NCBI GenBank assembly: GCA_019423445.1
Contig: JAHZBJ010000001.1
Location: 1 to 35,358 of the forward strand
DNA length: 35,358 nt
Direction of reading: 5' to 3'
From: Oscillospiraceae bacterium
GTDB taxonomy: Bacteria; Bacillota; Clostridia; Oscillospirales; Ruminococcaceae
Each line of letters starts with the position of its first letter. The stretch's first letter is position 1. The notes below the pieces were generated by a model. The model worked only from the letters and a program-made list of their open reading frames with translations. It had not been told where the DNA came from and did not search any database. Positions 8,574 through 16,975 of the stretch are shown here, piece by piece. Position numbers and translations under genes: made by a program.

Positions 8574-9418
8574 TCCAGCTCCTCCATTCTGTCGGCGGCG
8601 CCGTCCAGCCAGTCTCCTTCAAAGAGCTCCACAACCCCCTGGTCCACCACCTTGGAAAGGGCGGGGTCCATGGGAATGCGGCCCAGGACAGGAATCTGGT
8701 TCTCCTTGGCGATTTCCTCAAGATGGCTCTCACCAAAGACATGAATCTCCTTGCCGCAGTCGGGGCAGCGGACATAGCTCATATTCTCCACCAGCCCCAG
8801 GATGGGGATGTTCATCATCTTGGCCATGTTCACTGCCTTTTCCACAATCACCGAAACCAGCTCTTGGGGGGAGGTGACCACAATGATCCCGTTGAGGGGA
8901 ATGGACTGGAACACCGTCAGGGGCACATCCCCGGTGCCGGGAGGCATATCCACAAAGAGGAAATCCACATCGTTCCAGATGACGTCGGTCCAGAACTGCT
9001 TTACCACGCCGGCGATCACCGGGCCGCGCCAGATAACAGGCGTGGTCTCGGTTTCCAGAAGCATGTTCACCGACATGATGTCGATTCCGGTCTTGCTCTT
9101 GGCCGGGAGCAGCCCCGCTTCGGTGCCCTGGGCTCTCTCCTTGATGCCGAAGGCCCGGGGAATGGAAGGACCGGTGACATCCGCGTCCAGAATACCTGTG
9201 TTGTAACCTCTGCGGTTCAGCAGGACCGCCATCATGCTGGTGACCATGGACTTACCAACGCCGCCCTTGCCGGACACCACGCCAATGACCCGCTTGATGG
9301 AGCTGAGCTCATTGGGAGCTTCCAGGAAGCTCTTGGGATCGGCCTTCTGGCTGCGCTCGCCGCAGTTGAGGCTGCAGCTTCCGCAATCGTGGGTGCAGCC
9401 TTCCGGAGTATTGGCCAT
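8570..9418 (-). CDS. Mrp/NBP35 (ApbC) iron-sulfur cluster carrier ATPase
   Basis: N-terminal CTHDCGSC, SGKGGVGKS, DADVTGPS, PVIWRGP, DMPPGTGD and ENMSYVRCPDC. Confidence 0.93.
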   Translation of the reverse strand: MANTPEGCTHDCGSCSLNCGERSQKADPKSFLEAPNELSSIKRVIGVVSGKGGVGKSMVTSMMAVLLNRRGYNTGILDADVTGPSIPRAFGIKERAQGTEAGLLPAKSKTGIDIMSVNMLLETETTPVIWRGPVIAGVVKQFWTDVIWNDVDFLFVDMPPGTGDVPLTVFQSIPLNGIIVVTSPQELVSVIVEKAVNMAKMMNIPILGLVENMSYVRCPDCGKEIHVFGESHLEEIAKENQIPVLGRIPMDPALSKVVDQGVVELFEGDWLDGAADRMEELE

Positions 9419-9517
9419 AATTTTTCTCTCTCCTTTTCATGGGTGATGGTGCTTTACCCTACCGAGTATATACCCCGCCGGGGGGTTTGTCAACAAAGCC
9501 GCAAAGGAGGGAAACAG

Positions 9518-9545
9518 AAAAAGCCCCGGCATGGCCGGAGCTTTT
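9518..9545. terminator. Intrinsic terminator downstream of yitT
   Basis: AAAAGC.CCGGC / GCCGG.GCTTTT hairpin flanked by A and T runs. Confidence 0.65.
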
Positions 9546-9552
9546 ATTTTCC

Positions 9553-10218
9553 TTATTCCGCCGCGGCAAGGACGCCGTCGGAGGCAGTTTCTTTCTCTTC
9601 CTCCTGGGGCTCTCTTCCCCAGCTGTGGACCTTTCCAATGAGGAAGGAGGACAGGGTGACGGTAATGAGGGAACAGAAGATGTTCCACACCGGGATGTAG
9701 GTCAGCGACAGGCCCAGAACCACCAGGTCGCTGAACAGGTATGCCCTGGAAATGGGCCATTTGGCGGTTTTGGAGATGGACATGGCCAAAGCGTCGTCCC
9801 CACCGGCAGCACCGCCAGCCCGGACCGCGAGACCCACTCCCAGCCCCACAAAGCAGGCTCCCAGCACCGCCGCCGCAATTGGGTTGCCGGCCAGGCTGGG
9901 CAGCAGGGGCGGAAACTGTTCCAAAACCGCGTACCAGAAGGCAAAACTGAGGCTTGCAATCACCGAGCATTTGGCAAAGCCTTTGCCCAGGATCCGGAAA
10001 CCGATGAGGTAGCAGGTCAGATCCAGCACCGGGGAGGCTACCGCCGGGGAGATCCCCAGCCAGTGCTCCAGGAAAAGCACCATGCCCAGAACGCCGCCTT
10101 CTGTGATGTTACTCTGCTGGTGGACGTTATATAGGCCGAAAGCCAGGATGGCCGAGCCCAACACCAGCATCCCGTACGTACAAAGGGCTTCTCTGCGCCC
10201 TTTGGCGGGGGTATTCAT
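9553..10218 (-). CDS. YitT-family membrane protein
   Basis: GSAILAFG, ITEGGVLG and GGAAGGDDALA motifs, multiple TMs; start set at ATG 10218 from the AAGGAG RBS. Confidence 0.85.
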   Translation of the reverse strand: MNTPAKGRREALCTYGMLVLGSAILAFGLYNVHQQSNITEGGVLGMVLFLEHWLGISPAVASPVLDLTCYLIGFRILGKGFAKCSVIASLSFAFWYAVLEQFPPLLPSLAGNPIAAAVLGACFVGLGVGLAVRAGGAAGGDDALAMSISKTAKWPISRAYLFSDLVVLGLSLTYIPVWNIFCSLITVTLSSFLIGKVHSWGREPQEEEKETASDGVLAAAE

Positions 10219-10234
10219 AATAACAGCTCCTTTC

Positions 10235-10260
10235 AATTTGCACTAATATTATAGCAAATT
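10235..10260. promoter_or_regulatory. Palindromic operator overlapping the extended -10 of yitT
   Basis: AATTTGC-AC-TAATATTA-TA-GCAAATT (22 of 26 positions palindromic), containing TGCTATAAT on the minus strand. Confidence 0.6.
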
Positions 10261-10506
10261 TTAAGCTGTCGCGACAAACCGCGCCTGCCGGAATAGGCCG
10301 GAATAGGCTCCGAAAAAACCACCGCCAGCCCAAATGGCCTCCTTTCTCCTTAGATCTCCTCCATTCTCCTTCAAAGTCCACCGGTCTCCTCACAGCAGCC
10401 GGACCAGCCTGCATGTCCCCCATCTATCCACCGCCGGGGCTTCCCTTGGGGAAAGAAAGCAGGAGTTCCGGGGGGCCGCACTTTCTTTTCTCTCAGGTAT
10501 TCATGC

Positions 10507-10536
10507 AAAAAGGCGCCCCCCTGGGGGCGCCTTTTT
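10507..10536. terminator. Intrinsic terminator of glmS
   Basis: AAAAAGGCGCCCCC / GGGGGCGCCTTTTT inverted repeat. Confidence 0.85.
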
Positions 10537-10570
10537 ATCTTCGCATCTTCCTGTTCTGGAACGGACGGGA

Positions 10571-12388
10571 TCACTCCACCGTGACGGATTTGGCCAGGTT
10601 CCGGGGTTTATCCACATCACAGCCCCGAAGGATAGCAGCGTTGGCGGCAATGAGCTGAATGGCCACCACCACCAGCAGAGGGGCAAACAGGGAATCCTCC
10701 ACACCGGGGAGCCGGATGATCTGGTCGCAGGCTTCGGGATCCGCCTCCAACCCCTCCAGGGTCACCAGCAGGACCCGACCGCCCCGGGCCTTTACCTCCC
10801 GGATGTTGCTGAGGGTCTTGGAGAGCAGCTCCTTCTGGGTGGCAAGGGCGATCACCGGTACGCCGGGAGTCACCAGGGAGATGGTGCCATGTTTCAGCTC
10901 CCCGGCAGGAATGGCCTCGCTGTGGATATAGCTGATCTCCTTAAGCTTGAGGCTCCCCTCCTTGGCCAGGGCGTAATCCAGCCCCCGGCCGATGTAAAAG
11001 AGGTTCTGAGCCTGGGTGAGGGTGGCGGCGTACTCCGCCATCTGAGGAGCCATTTCCAGGGCCCGGGGCACCAGGGCCACCGTGTCCAGAAGGCACCTGG
11101 ACAGCCGCCGCTGCTCCGCCTCGGGGAGGCCCTTCTCCCCTGCCGCCAGAATAGCCAGAAGGAGCATCACCCCCACCTGAACCGAGTAGGCCTTGGTGCT
11201 GGCCACGGCGATCTCAGGCCCAGCATAGGTGTAGATGCAGTAATCCGCCTCCCGGGCGATGGAAGAACCCACCACGTTTACCACTGCCACCACCGGGACC
11301 CCTCTTTCCTTATAGAGGCGCAGAGCGGCCAGGGTGTCGGCAGTCTCCCCCGACTGGCTGATGACAATTACTGCTTCTCCGGGGGTGGGGATGGGGTTGC
11401 GGTACCGCAGCTCCGAGGCCACCTCCACCTCCACCGGAATCCGGGCCTCCCGCTCGATCATAGCCTTGCCGATCATCCCGGCGTAAAGGGCGGTGCCGCA
11501 AGCGGTAATGGTGAGCTTGGTCACATCCCGGAAGAATCCCTTGGGCAGCGCCTCCGAAAGATCCGGCAGGCCGTCCCGAATCCGTCCCTGAAGGGTATCC
11601 TCCAGGGCTCTGGGCTGCTCGTGGATCTCCTTGAGCATAAAGTAATCATAGCCATCCTTCCTGGCCGCGTCCACCGACCAGCCCGCCAGCTGTTCCTCTT
11701 TCTCCAAAGGAGCGCCGTCCTCCAGGCGGAAGAATGCCGGGGCTCCTCCCCGAAGCACCGCCAGCTCCCCTTCCTCCAGGAGGAAGTACCGGCGGGTGTG
11801 GTCCAGAACAGCGGGAAGGTCGGACACCAGGTATCCGCCATCCTCATCCACTGCCGCAATCAGGGGGCTTCCTTTCCGCACCCCGTAGACCTCCCCTGGG
11901 CGTCCGTCAAAAAGCATCACAAAGGCGTAGGCTCCCTCGATATGCCGGAGGGCCTCCCGGATGGCCGCCGCCGGATCCCCAGTATAGCAGCTGTCCAACA
12001 GGGCCGCCGCAATCTCGGTATCAGTTTGGGACTGGAAGGTATAACCTTTTTTCAAAAGCTCCTCCCGGAGCTGGGCGTAGTTCTCAATAATGCCGTTGTG
12101 GACCAGGGTCACCCGGCCCTGGCGGTGGGGATGGGCGTTTTGGTCGGTGGGGCTGCCGTGGGTTGCCCACCGGGTGTGCCCGATGCCGCAGGTGCCGGGA
12201 TGCTCCCCAGCCTCCACCCGGCGGCGCAGGTTTTCCAGACGGCCCTGGGATTTCTCCAGGAGCACTTCCCCGTTCTCCCAAAGGGCGATCCCAGCCGAGT
12301 CATAACCCCGGTACTCCAGGTTAGCCAGCGCAGACAGAATCACCTGGGCTGCGTTCTTCTTGCCAGAATATCCAGCGATTCCACACAT
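10571..12388 (-). CDS. glmS: Glutamine--fructose-6-phosphate aminotransferase
   Basis: MCGI N-terminal nucleophile, EYRGYDSAG, GHTRWATHG, SQSGETADT, and C-terminal DVDKPRNLAKSVTVE. Confidence 0.98.
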   Translation of the reverse strand: MCGIAGYSGKKNAAQVILSALANLEYRGYDSAGIALWENGEVLLEKSQGRLENLRRRVEAGEHPGTCGIGHTRWATHGSPTDQNAHPHRQGRVTLVHNGIIENYAQLREELLKKGYTFQSQTDTEIAAALLDSCYTGDPAAAIREALRHIEGAYAFVMLFDGRPGEVYGVRKGSPLIAAVDEDGGYLVSDLPAVLDHTRRYFLLEEGELAVLRGGAPAFFRLEDGAPLEKEEQLAGWSVDAARKDGYDYFMLKEIHEQPRALEDTLQGRIRDGLPDLSEALPKGFFRDVTKLTITACGTALYAGMIGKAMIEREARIPVEVEVASELRYRNPIPTPGEAVIVISQSGETADTLAALRLYKERGVPVVAVVNVVGSSIAREADYCIYTYAGPEIAVASTKAYSVQVGVMLLLAILAAGEKGLPEAEQRRLSRCLLDTVALVPRALEMAPQMAEYAATLTQAQNLFYIGRGLDYALAKEGSLKLKEISYIHSEAIPAGELKHGTISLVTPGVPVIALATQKELLSKTLSNIREVKARGGRVLLVTLEGLEADPEACDQIIRLPGVEDSLFAPLLVVVAIQLIAANAAILRGCDVDKPRNLAKSVTVE

Positions 12389-12606
12389 ATAAAAATCCTC
12401 CTTGACCTTTTGGGTGCAGGACAGAAAAGCCTGGCCGCAAAAGGCGGTGCAAGCCTGAACAGAGGAGCCGGGGTTCTTCCCGGCGCGGGCAGACTCCTCC
12501 TGGGTGAGTCTGCTGAAATAAAGTCCTGCGGCTGTGGGGAAACCCTTTTCCCCTTCCTAGGGCAGGGGGCTTCCCTCTGGGTTCTCGGCTGCCGCCGGAC
12601 GGCTGG

Positions 12607-12843
12607 ACCCATGGACGGAATTCTGTTGCCCGGTCGCCCGGGTCTTTGCTCCGTTCTGACGCTGTGGGCCGCAGCGGGAGGGCATCCGCCGAATGCTTCG
12701 ATCTCGCCGGAAGGGTTCCCGGAGACTCTCCCCCGGTCCGCTCCCGGTTGGTCCTTTCTGCGCCGCCTGTTCCTCTCGGACGCCAAAAGGACCTTCCCTC
12801 CGCCTCGTCGTCCCCGGTCATTTCGCCGGGGCTCTGGCGCTTA
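12607..12843 (-). ncRNA. glmS ribozyme (GlcN6P-activated) with a large internal insertion
   Basis: Minus strand: UAAGCGCCAG, P1 hairpin, GACGAGG, GGAGGG, 93 nt, AUCGAAGCAUUCGGCGGAUGCCCUCC, P3 (CGCUG...CAGCG), P4 with CCCGG-GCGA-CCGGG; lies upstream of glmS. Confidence 0.9.
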
Positions 12844-12912
12844 TAAAACTCGGTTTCTCTGGGGCTTCAGCCATGGCCCCGGTTTCCCACCTTCCTTTCC
12901 TTGGTTTTCGCT

Positions 12913-12940
12913 ATTATAACATATTTTCCCCCGTTGTAAA
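12913..12940 (-). promoter_or_regulatory. SigA promoter of glmS
   Basis: TTTACA, 16 nt, TATAAT with an extended TG; implies a leader of about 520 nt. Confidence 0.7.
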
Positions 12941-13008
12941 AGGGGGCTTTCTCTCCATTCTATGCCGGTGGGAAGATTTGGTTCCCTGGGGCGCAGGAAA
13001 TCCACAGA

Positions 13009-13057
13009 CAGCAGAAAAACCCGGACCCGGCTGAGCCGGGCCCGGGTTTTTCTGCTG
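13009..13057. terminator. Intrinsic terminator of spoVG
   Basis: CAGCAGAAAAACCCGG.CCCGGC / GCCGGG.CCGGGTTTTTCTGCTG long inverted repeat. Confidence 0.85.
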
Positions 13058-13078
13058 GGATATCCGCCGGCGGCTCCC

Positions 13079-13387
13079 TCAGGGAGTTCCGGCTCCGGAA
13101 GAATGGGCGGCTGCGTCATGGGCCGCCATCCCCTCCATGTATTGGGCGTACTGGGTGAGGATGGCGTCCTCCAGGGTTCGCCGGGCGGCGGGGGTGATGG
13201 GGTGAGCGATGTCACGGAAGGTGCCATTTTCATCCTTGCGGCTGGGCATGGCCACAAAGAGGCGCTCCGGCCCCTCGATGACCTTGATGTCATGGACTGC
13301 CAGGTCCCCGTCGATGGTCACCGACACCAGGGCCTTCAGCCGGGCGTCGTCGTAGGTCTTGCGGATACGGATATCAGTGATAGTCAT
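13079..13387 (-). CDS. spoVG: Septation regulator SpoVG
   Basis: ITDIRIRK, LKALVSVT, VHDIKVIEG, LFVAMPSRK and FRDIAHPI. Confidence 0.95.
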   Translation of the reverse strand: MTITDIRIRKTYDDARLKALVSVTIDGDLAVHDIKVIEGPERLFVAMPSRKDENGTFRDIAHPITPAARRTLEDAILTQYAQYMEGMAAHDAAAHSSGAGTP

Positions 13388-13560
13388 GGTGCTTTCTAGC
13401 CTCCTGCTCTCTGTCCCGGGCCGGGACCCGGGGCCTATCCGCGCTTCGGCTTGGGTTTTTCCGGGCGCGGGACGTCTTGTTCACAGATAGTATTTGGCAA
13501 GAAAGGCCAGGATATACAAGCACAGCTGGGGAATGCTGGATTTTTTCAAACCGGTGCTTC

Positions 13561-14148
13561 TCATGGGTGGGCCAAAAAGCCGTCCCGCCACACGCCTTCC
13601 TCGGTAACCACCGCTGGGAAGCGGATATCATGGTCCTCCAGAGGCACCGAGGGGAGGAGCAGCGGCCCATAGCACACCACTGCGGCACCCATCTGGGGAA
13701 CTCCCTCAAAAAAACGGTCGTAGTAGCCGCCGCCATGGCCCAGACGGCCTCCCCGCCGGTCCGCCGCGGCACAAGGAATCAGGGCAAAATCCGCCTCTCC
13801 CTGGGGCATCGGAGGGCACCGGTCGCCTGGTTCCAAAATGCCGTAAGCGCCGGGAGTCAACAATTCCAGTTCCTCCACCCGGTAAAACTCCATGATTCCC
13901 TTACCCAGGCACCGAGGCAGCGCCAGGGGTTTCCCCTGCCGGAGGAGCTCCTCCAGAAGAGGCCTCAGGTCCGGCTCAAGAGCCGTAGACATAAAGGCCA
14001 GCACCGTCTTCGCCCTCGCCAACTCCGCCATTCCCAGGAGATGTTGGCGGATGGCAGAATCCGCCTCCCGGCGCCAGGCCGGTTCCAGAGACTGGGCCTG
14101 GCTTCTGGCCCACTGGCGCAGCTTCCTTTTTTCTTCCTTCCACTCCAT
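13561..14148 (-). CDS. 5-formyltetrahydrofolate cyclo-ligase
   Basis: EKRKLR, LPRC, GAYGILEP, RLGHGGGYYDR and LEDHDI; start set at ATG 14148 from the GGGAGG RBS. Confidence 0.92.
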   Translation of the reverse strand: MEWKEEKRKLRQWARSQAQSLEPAWRREADSAIRQHLLGMAELARAKTVLAFMSTALEPDLRPLLEELLRQGKPLALPRCLGKGIMEFYRVEELELLTPGAYGILEPGDRCPPMPQGEADFALIPCAAADRRGGRLGHGGGYYDRFFEGVPQMGAAVVCYGPLLLPSVPLEDHDIRFPAVVTEEGVWRDGFLAHP

Positions 14149-14332
14149 CCGCAGCAACCTCCCTGCTCCTTTGACTGCTCCCATCATACCACAAGCCCAG
14201 CCGTCCCGGCAACGCCCCACCCTTGCCACCAGGGCAGAGGCGTGCTACAATAAGCTCCATGAGGGCCGGCATAGTCCCCCCTTTTCCGGCCACACTAACC
14301 GGGGGCCGATAAACAAACGATGTGAAAATGCC

Positions 14333-14740
14333 ATGGATAATCCCATGCGGGAACTGCTCCGAGCGGGGAAATTCGCCATTGTAGGGGTGGCCAACACTCT
14401 GGTGGATCTGGGGATCTTCACCCTCCTGGCCCAGGTGCTGGGATGGAACCGCTATCTTTCCAATGTTATCTCCTACGGAGCGGGGATCCTCAACAGCTAC
14501 ATCTGGAACCGTACCTGGACTTTTCAGGCCAAGGACCGCTTTTTCAGCCCTGCTCTGGTAAAGTTCCTGGCGGTGAACCTCTCCATGCTCCTCCTCTCCA
14601 CCCTGATCCTCTACCTGGGCAGCGGCATTCTGGGGCTACCCCAGCTTCTGGTAAAGCTGGGCGCCACCGGCGTCACCATGGTGGTGGGGTTCCTTTGCAA
14701 CCGCTTCCTGGTCTTTTCCCGGCGGGAGGAGACCAATTGA
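14333..14740 (+). CDS. GtrA-family flippase-like membrane protein
   Basis: KFAIVGVANTLVD, SYIWNRTWTF and NRFLVF, four TMs; TTGCCA-17-TACAAT promoter at 14223-14251. Confidence 0.88.
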   Translation: MDNPMRELLRAGKFAIVGVANTLVDLGIFTLLAQVLGWNRYLSNVISYGAGILNSYIWNRTWTFQAKDRFFSPALVKFLAVNLSMLLLSTLILYLGSGILGLPQLLVKLGATGVTMVVGFLCNRFLVFSRREETN

Positions 14741-14765
14741 CTTTTCCCTCAAAATCCTGTAGAAT
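14737..14765 (+). promoter_or_regulatory. SigA promoter of smpB
   Basis: TTGACT, 17 nt, TAGAAT. Confidence 0.7.
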
Positions 14766-14800
14766 ATAGGTTCAGTCCAGGGAAAGGAGGAGGACGCCTG

Positions 14801-15265
14801 ATGCCCAAGGGCGGGATCAAACAGATCTCCTATAACCGCCAGGCCCGCCACGAATATTTTGTGGAGGAGAGCCTGGAAGCCGGCATCGAACTGTTCGGCA
14901 CCGAGGTGAAAAGCATCCGCTGCGGCGGCGTCAACCTCAAAGACGCCTGGTGTGACTTTCAGGGGTTGGAGCTGTTTATCAAACAGATGCATATAAGCCC
15001 CTACGAAAAGGGAAACATCTTCAACAAGGACCCACTTCGGCCCAGGCGCCTTCTGCTCCACAAGCGGGAGCTGCGGCGGCTCTACGGCCTGGTGAAACAG
15101 CAGGGCCTGACCCTGATCCCCCTTCAGCTCTACCTGAAAAACGGGCTGGTAAAGGTGGAGGTAGGGCTCTGCCGGGGCAAAAAGCTCTATGACAAGCGGG
15201 CAGACATGGCAAAGCGGGATGCCCAGCGGGAAATGGAGCGGGCTCTCCGGGCAAAAAACCGTTAA
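14801..15265 (+). CDS. smpB: SsrA-binding protein
   Basis: [36 protein letters not shown] and GKKLYDKR; adjacent to tmRNA. Confidence 0.97.
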   Translation: MPKGGIKQISYNRQARHEYFVEESLEAGIELFGTEVKSIRCGGVNLKDAWCDFQGLELFIKQMHISPYEKGNIFNKDPLRPRRLLLHKRELRRLYGLVKQQGLTLIPLQLYLKNGLVKVEVGLCRGKKLYDKRADMAKRDAQREMERALRAKNR

Positions 15266-15319
15266 AAGTTCCCTTTTTCCTTGGCACGCAGTTTATTCTC
15301 TTTGCATCCCTTATGATCC

Positions 15320-15666
15320 GGGGGCGTACCGGTTTCGACGGGGGCTGTGAAACTCAGTAAGCGGGTAGAGGCGCTCGACCTCTATAAAACGGGTAAACTT
15401 AAAAACAAACGACAACAGAACTGTTGCCTACGCGGCCTAATTAAGGCTGCCGTCTGACCGGGGAGGACCACGGCCCCGGATCAGGCGTCGACTAGTGGTG
15501 AACGGCGGTGGGGTTTGCTCCTGCCCCTCCGCTGTATTGGGAGCTACCAAGTCCGTCAGCCTGCCGTTTGGCGGTCGGACAAGGGAATGTAAATAAGCGG
15601 CTGCACCCGAAGAAAGCTGTGTGGATCGGTTTTCGGACAGGAGTTCGATTCTCCTCGCCTCCACCA
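15320..15666 (+). ncRNA. ssrA: tmRNA
   Basis: 5' GGGGGCG pairs with 3' CGCCTCC-ACCA (G3.U70 Ala determinant); T-arm GGAGTTCGATTCTCC; tag ORF 15411-15440 encodes (A)DNRTVAYAA. Confidence 0.96.
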
Positions 15667-15673
15667 CCAGACT

Positions 15674-15712
15674 GAGTCTGGACGCACATCGCGTTCCAGG
15701 CTCTTTCTTTTT
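15674..15712 (+). terminator. Terminator of ssrA
   Basis: GAGTCTGGA...TCCAGGCTC stem followed by TTTCTTTTT. Confidence 0.7.
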
Positions 15713-15921
15713 ATCTAAATGAGCGGCTCGCGTTCCAGTCGATCTAAACTGACCAGGCTTTTTCCTTTGCCCAAGTTCTGCTCCCGCGTCCCGCTCTGAA
15801 CCGGGCCGCTCCGTACCCAGGTAAGGACGGAGATATGCTCCCCGCCCTTGTTCTTCCGGCGGCCGAATGCTATAATTCGCTTGTAATTCATATGCAAAAT
15901 GAGGGTTCTGGGAGGTGCGGC

Positions 15922-16365
15922 ATGAAAATATATCATAAAAAATATTTTGCATGGGGCATCATCTTTTTGATTCCTCTTCCTTTGTTTATATCTGGAGTGA
16001 TAAAAGCCGATTTATGGCAGTGGGTCCTTTCCATTGGGCTTTCTGCAAAATTTTTATTTGCCGGGCTTTCAAAGCATGAAGGGGAACATCAGAAAAACAT
16101 CGAAAAAAACTATCAGCGGGTATCTCAAGAACTTTTTGGGAAATACGCCGGGATAAAGACAAATCTCCCCTGGGTGGTAATGGGCGTATTCTTTACTGGC
16201 AGTTTATTCGTCAGATACCTACTTGATATTGTCATTCCTGTATGGATCGCGGTGTTCTTTGTAATCATACTTGCGATTTCGGTTTTCTATAGTCTGAATC
16301 TTAACCAGAAGATCATAAAACAAATTGATAAAGAAACAAACTCAAACGGTAAACCCATTCGTTAA
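15922..16365 (+). CDS. Hypothetical four-TM membrane protein, low GC
   Basis: GGGAGG RBS, TTGTTC-17-TATAAT promoter (15848-15876), four hydrophobic segments, AT-rich codons. Confidence 0.7.
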   Translation: MKIYHKKYFAWGIIFLIPLPLFISGVIKADLWQWVLSIGLSAKFLFAGLSKHEGEHQKNIEKNYQRVSQELFGKYAGIKTNLPWVVMGVFFTGSLFVRYLLDIVIPVWIAVFFVIILAISVFYSLNLNQKIIKQIDKETNSNGKPIR

Positions 16366-16493
16366 GGCGCTTCCCGTATGGACTTTTTTGAAAGGACAAA
16401 TCAGCCTGCCCTGCAAAAGGCTCGAAAATTTTTGTGCCTCTATCAAAATGACAATTCAAAACAGGAGCACCGGTTTCGGTGCTCCTGGCCGTT

Positions 16494-16718
16494 TCACAAA
16501 TCTTTTTTGGGTCCATTTCGGAATATACGCTCTCCCAACCAAATACATACAGCCACAATCATGGTGGTAACTACAAATGCCAATGCAAAACCAAATATCA
16601 GGTCAACCATTCCCCACAGACTGGTAAGCAGAATGGAATACCGAAAACACCGGAGCAAGGTAGCCCCTATGCTGGCCCCCAGGCTGCCGGGAACAGCCCT
16701 TTTGATGCAACTCCACAT
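16494..16718 (-). CDS. Small hypothetical membrane protein (74 aa)
   Basis: AAGGAG RBS, TTGCTG-17-TATAAT promoter just upstream, two hydrophobic segments and a basic tail. Confidence 0.6.
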   Translation of the reverse strand: MWSCIKRAVPGSLGASIGATLLRCFRYSILLTSLWGMVDLIFGFALAFVVTTMIVAVCIWLGERIFRNGPKKDL

Positions 16719-16848
16719 ACCAGCTCTCCTTTCCCTCTCTGTTGGAACGACGCTTCACAATATTGATTATAGCCGAGCAGCCCCAAAACAGCAATAGTGC
16801 GTTATCCTGAGAGGCTCACCGAAACTACACACATGATTTTATCGCAGT

Positions 16849-16886
16849 TTTTAATTCTGTTTTAAGTTGCACATATATAATATAAT
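16849..16886 (+). promoter_or_regulatory. Response regulator promoter with two 11-bp-spaced TTAA repeats
   Basis: TTTTAATTCTG / TTTTAAGTTGC directly upstream of TATAAT. Confidence 0.5.
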
Positions 16887-16975
16887 TAAATCATTCCGGC
16901 CAGCCTGAGCCCGCTCTTTGGCGGTTTTAGCTCCAGGCAGCCGCTTCAAACCGCGTTAGGGAAAGGGTAACCTGT

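Noticed and set aside
10334..12919. 861-aa plus-strand ORF
   Set aside because: Antisense shadow of glmS and its leader in GC-rich DNA; no motifs or RBS. The same applies to other long antisense ORFs (2045-3388, 17626-18942, 20396-22315, 28524-29699).
14149..14332. 6S RNA upstream of 5-formyl-THF cyclo-ligase (ssrS-ygfA arrangement)
   Set aside because: The gap is occupied by two divergent promoters close to the start codons; no long 6S-like hairpin is evident.
15437..15952. Minus-strand ORFs over 15437-15952
   Set aside because: They overlap the tmRNA and its terminator in antisense.
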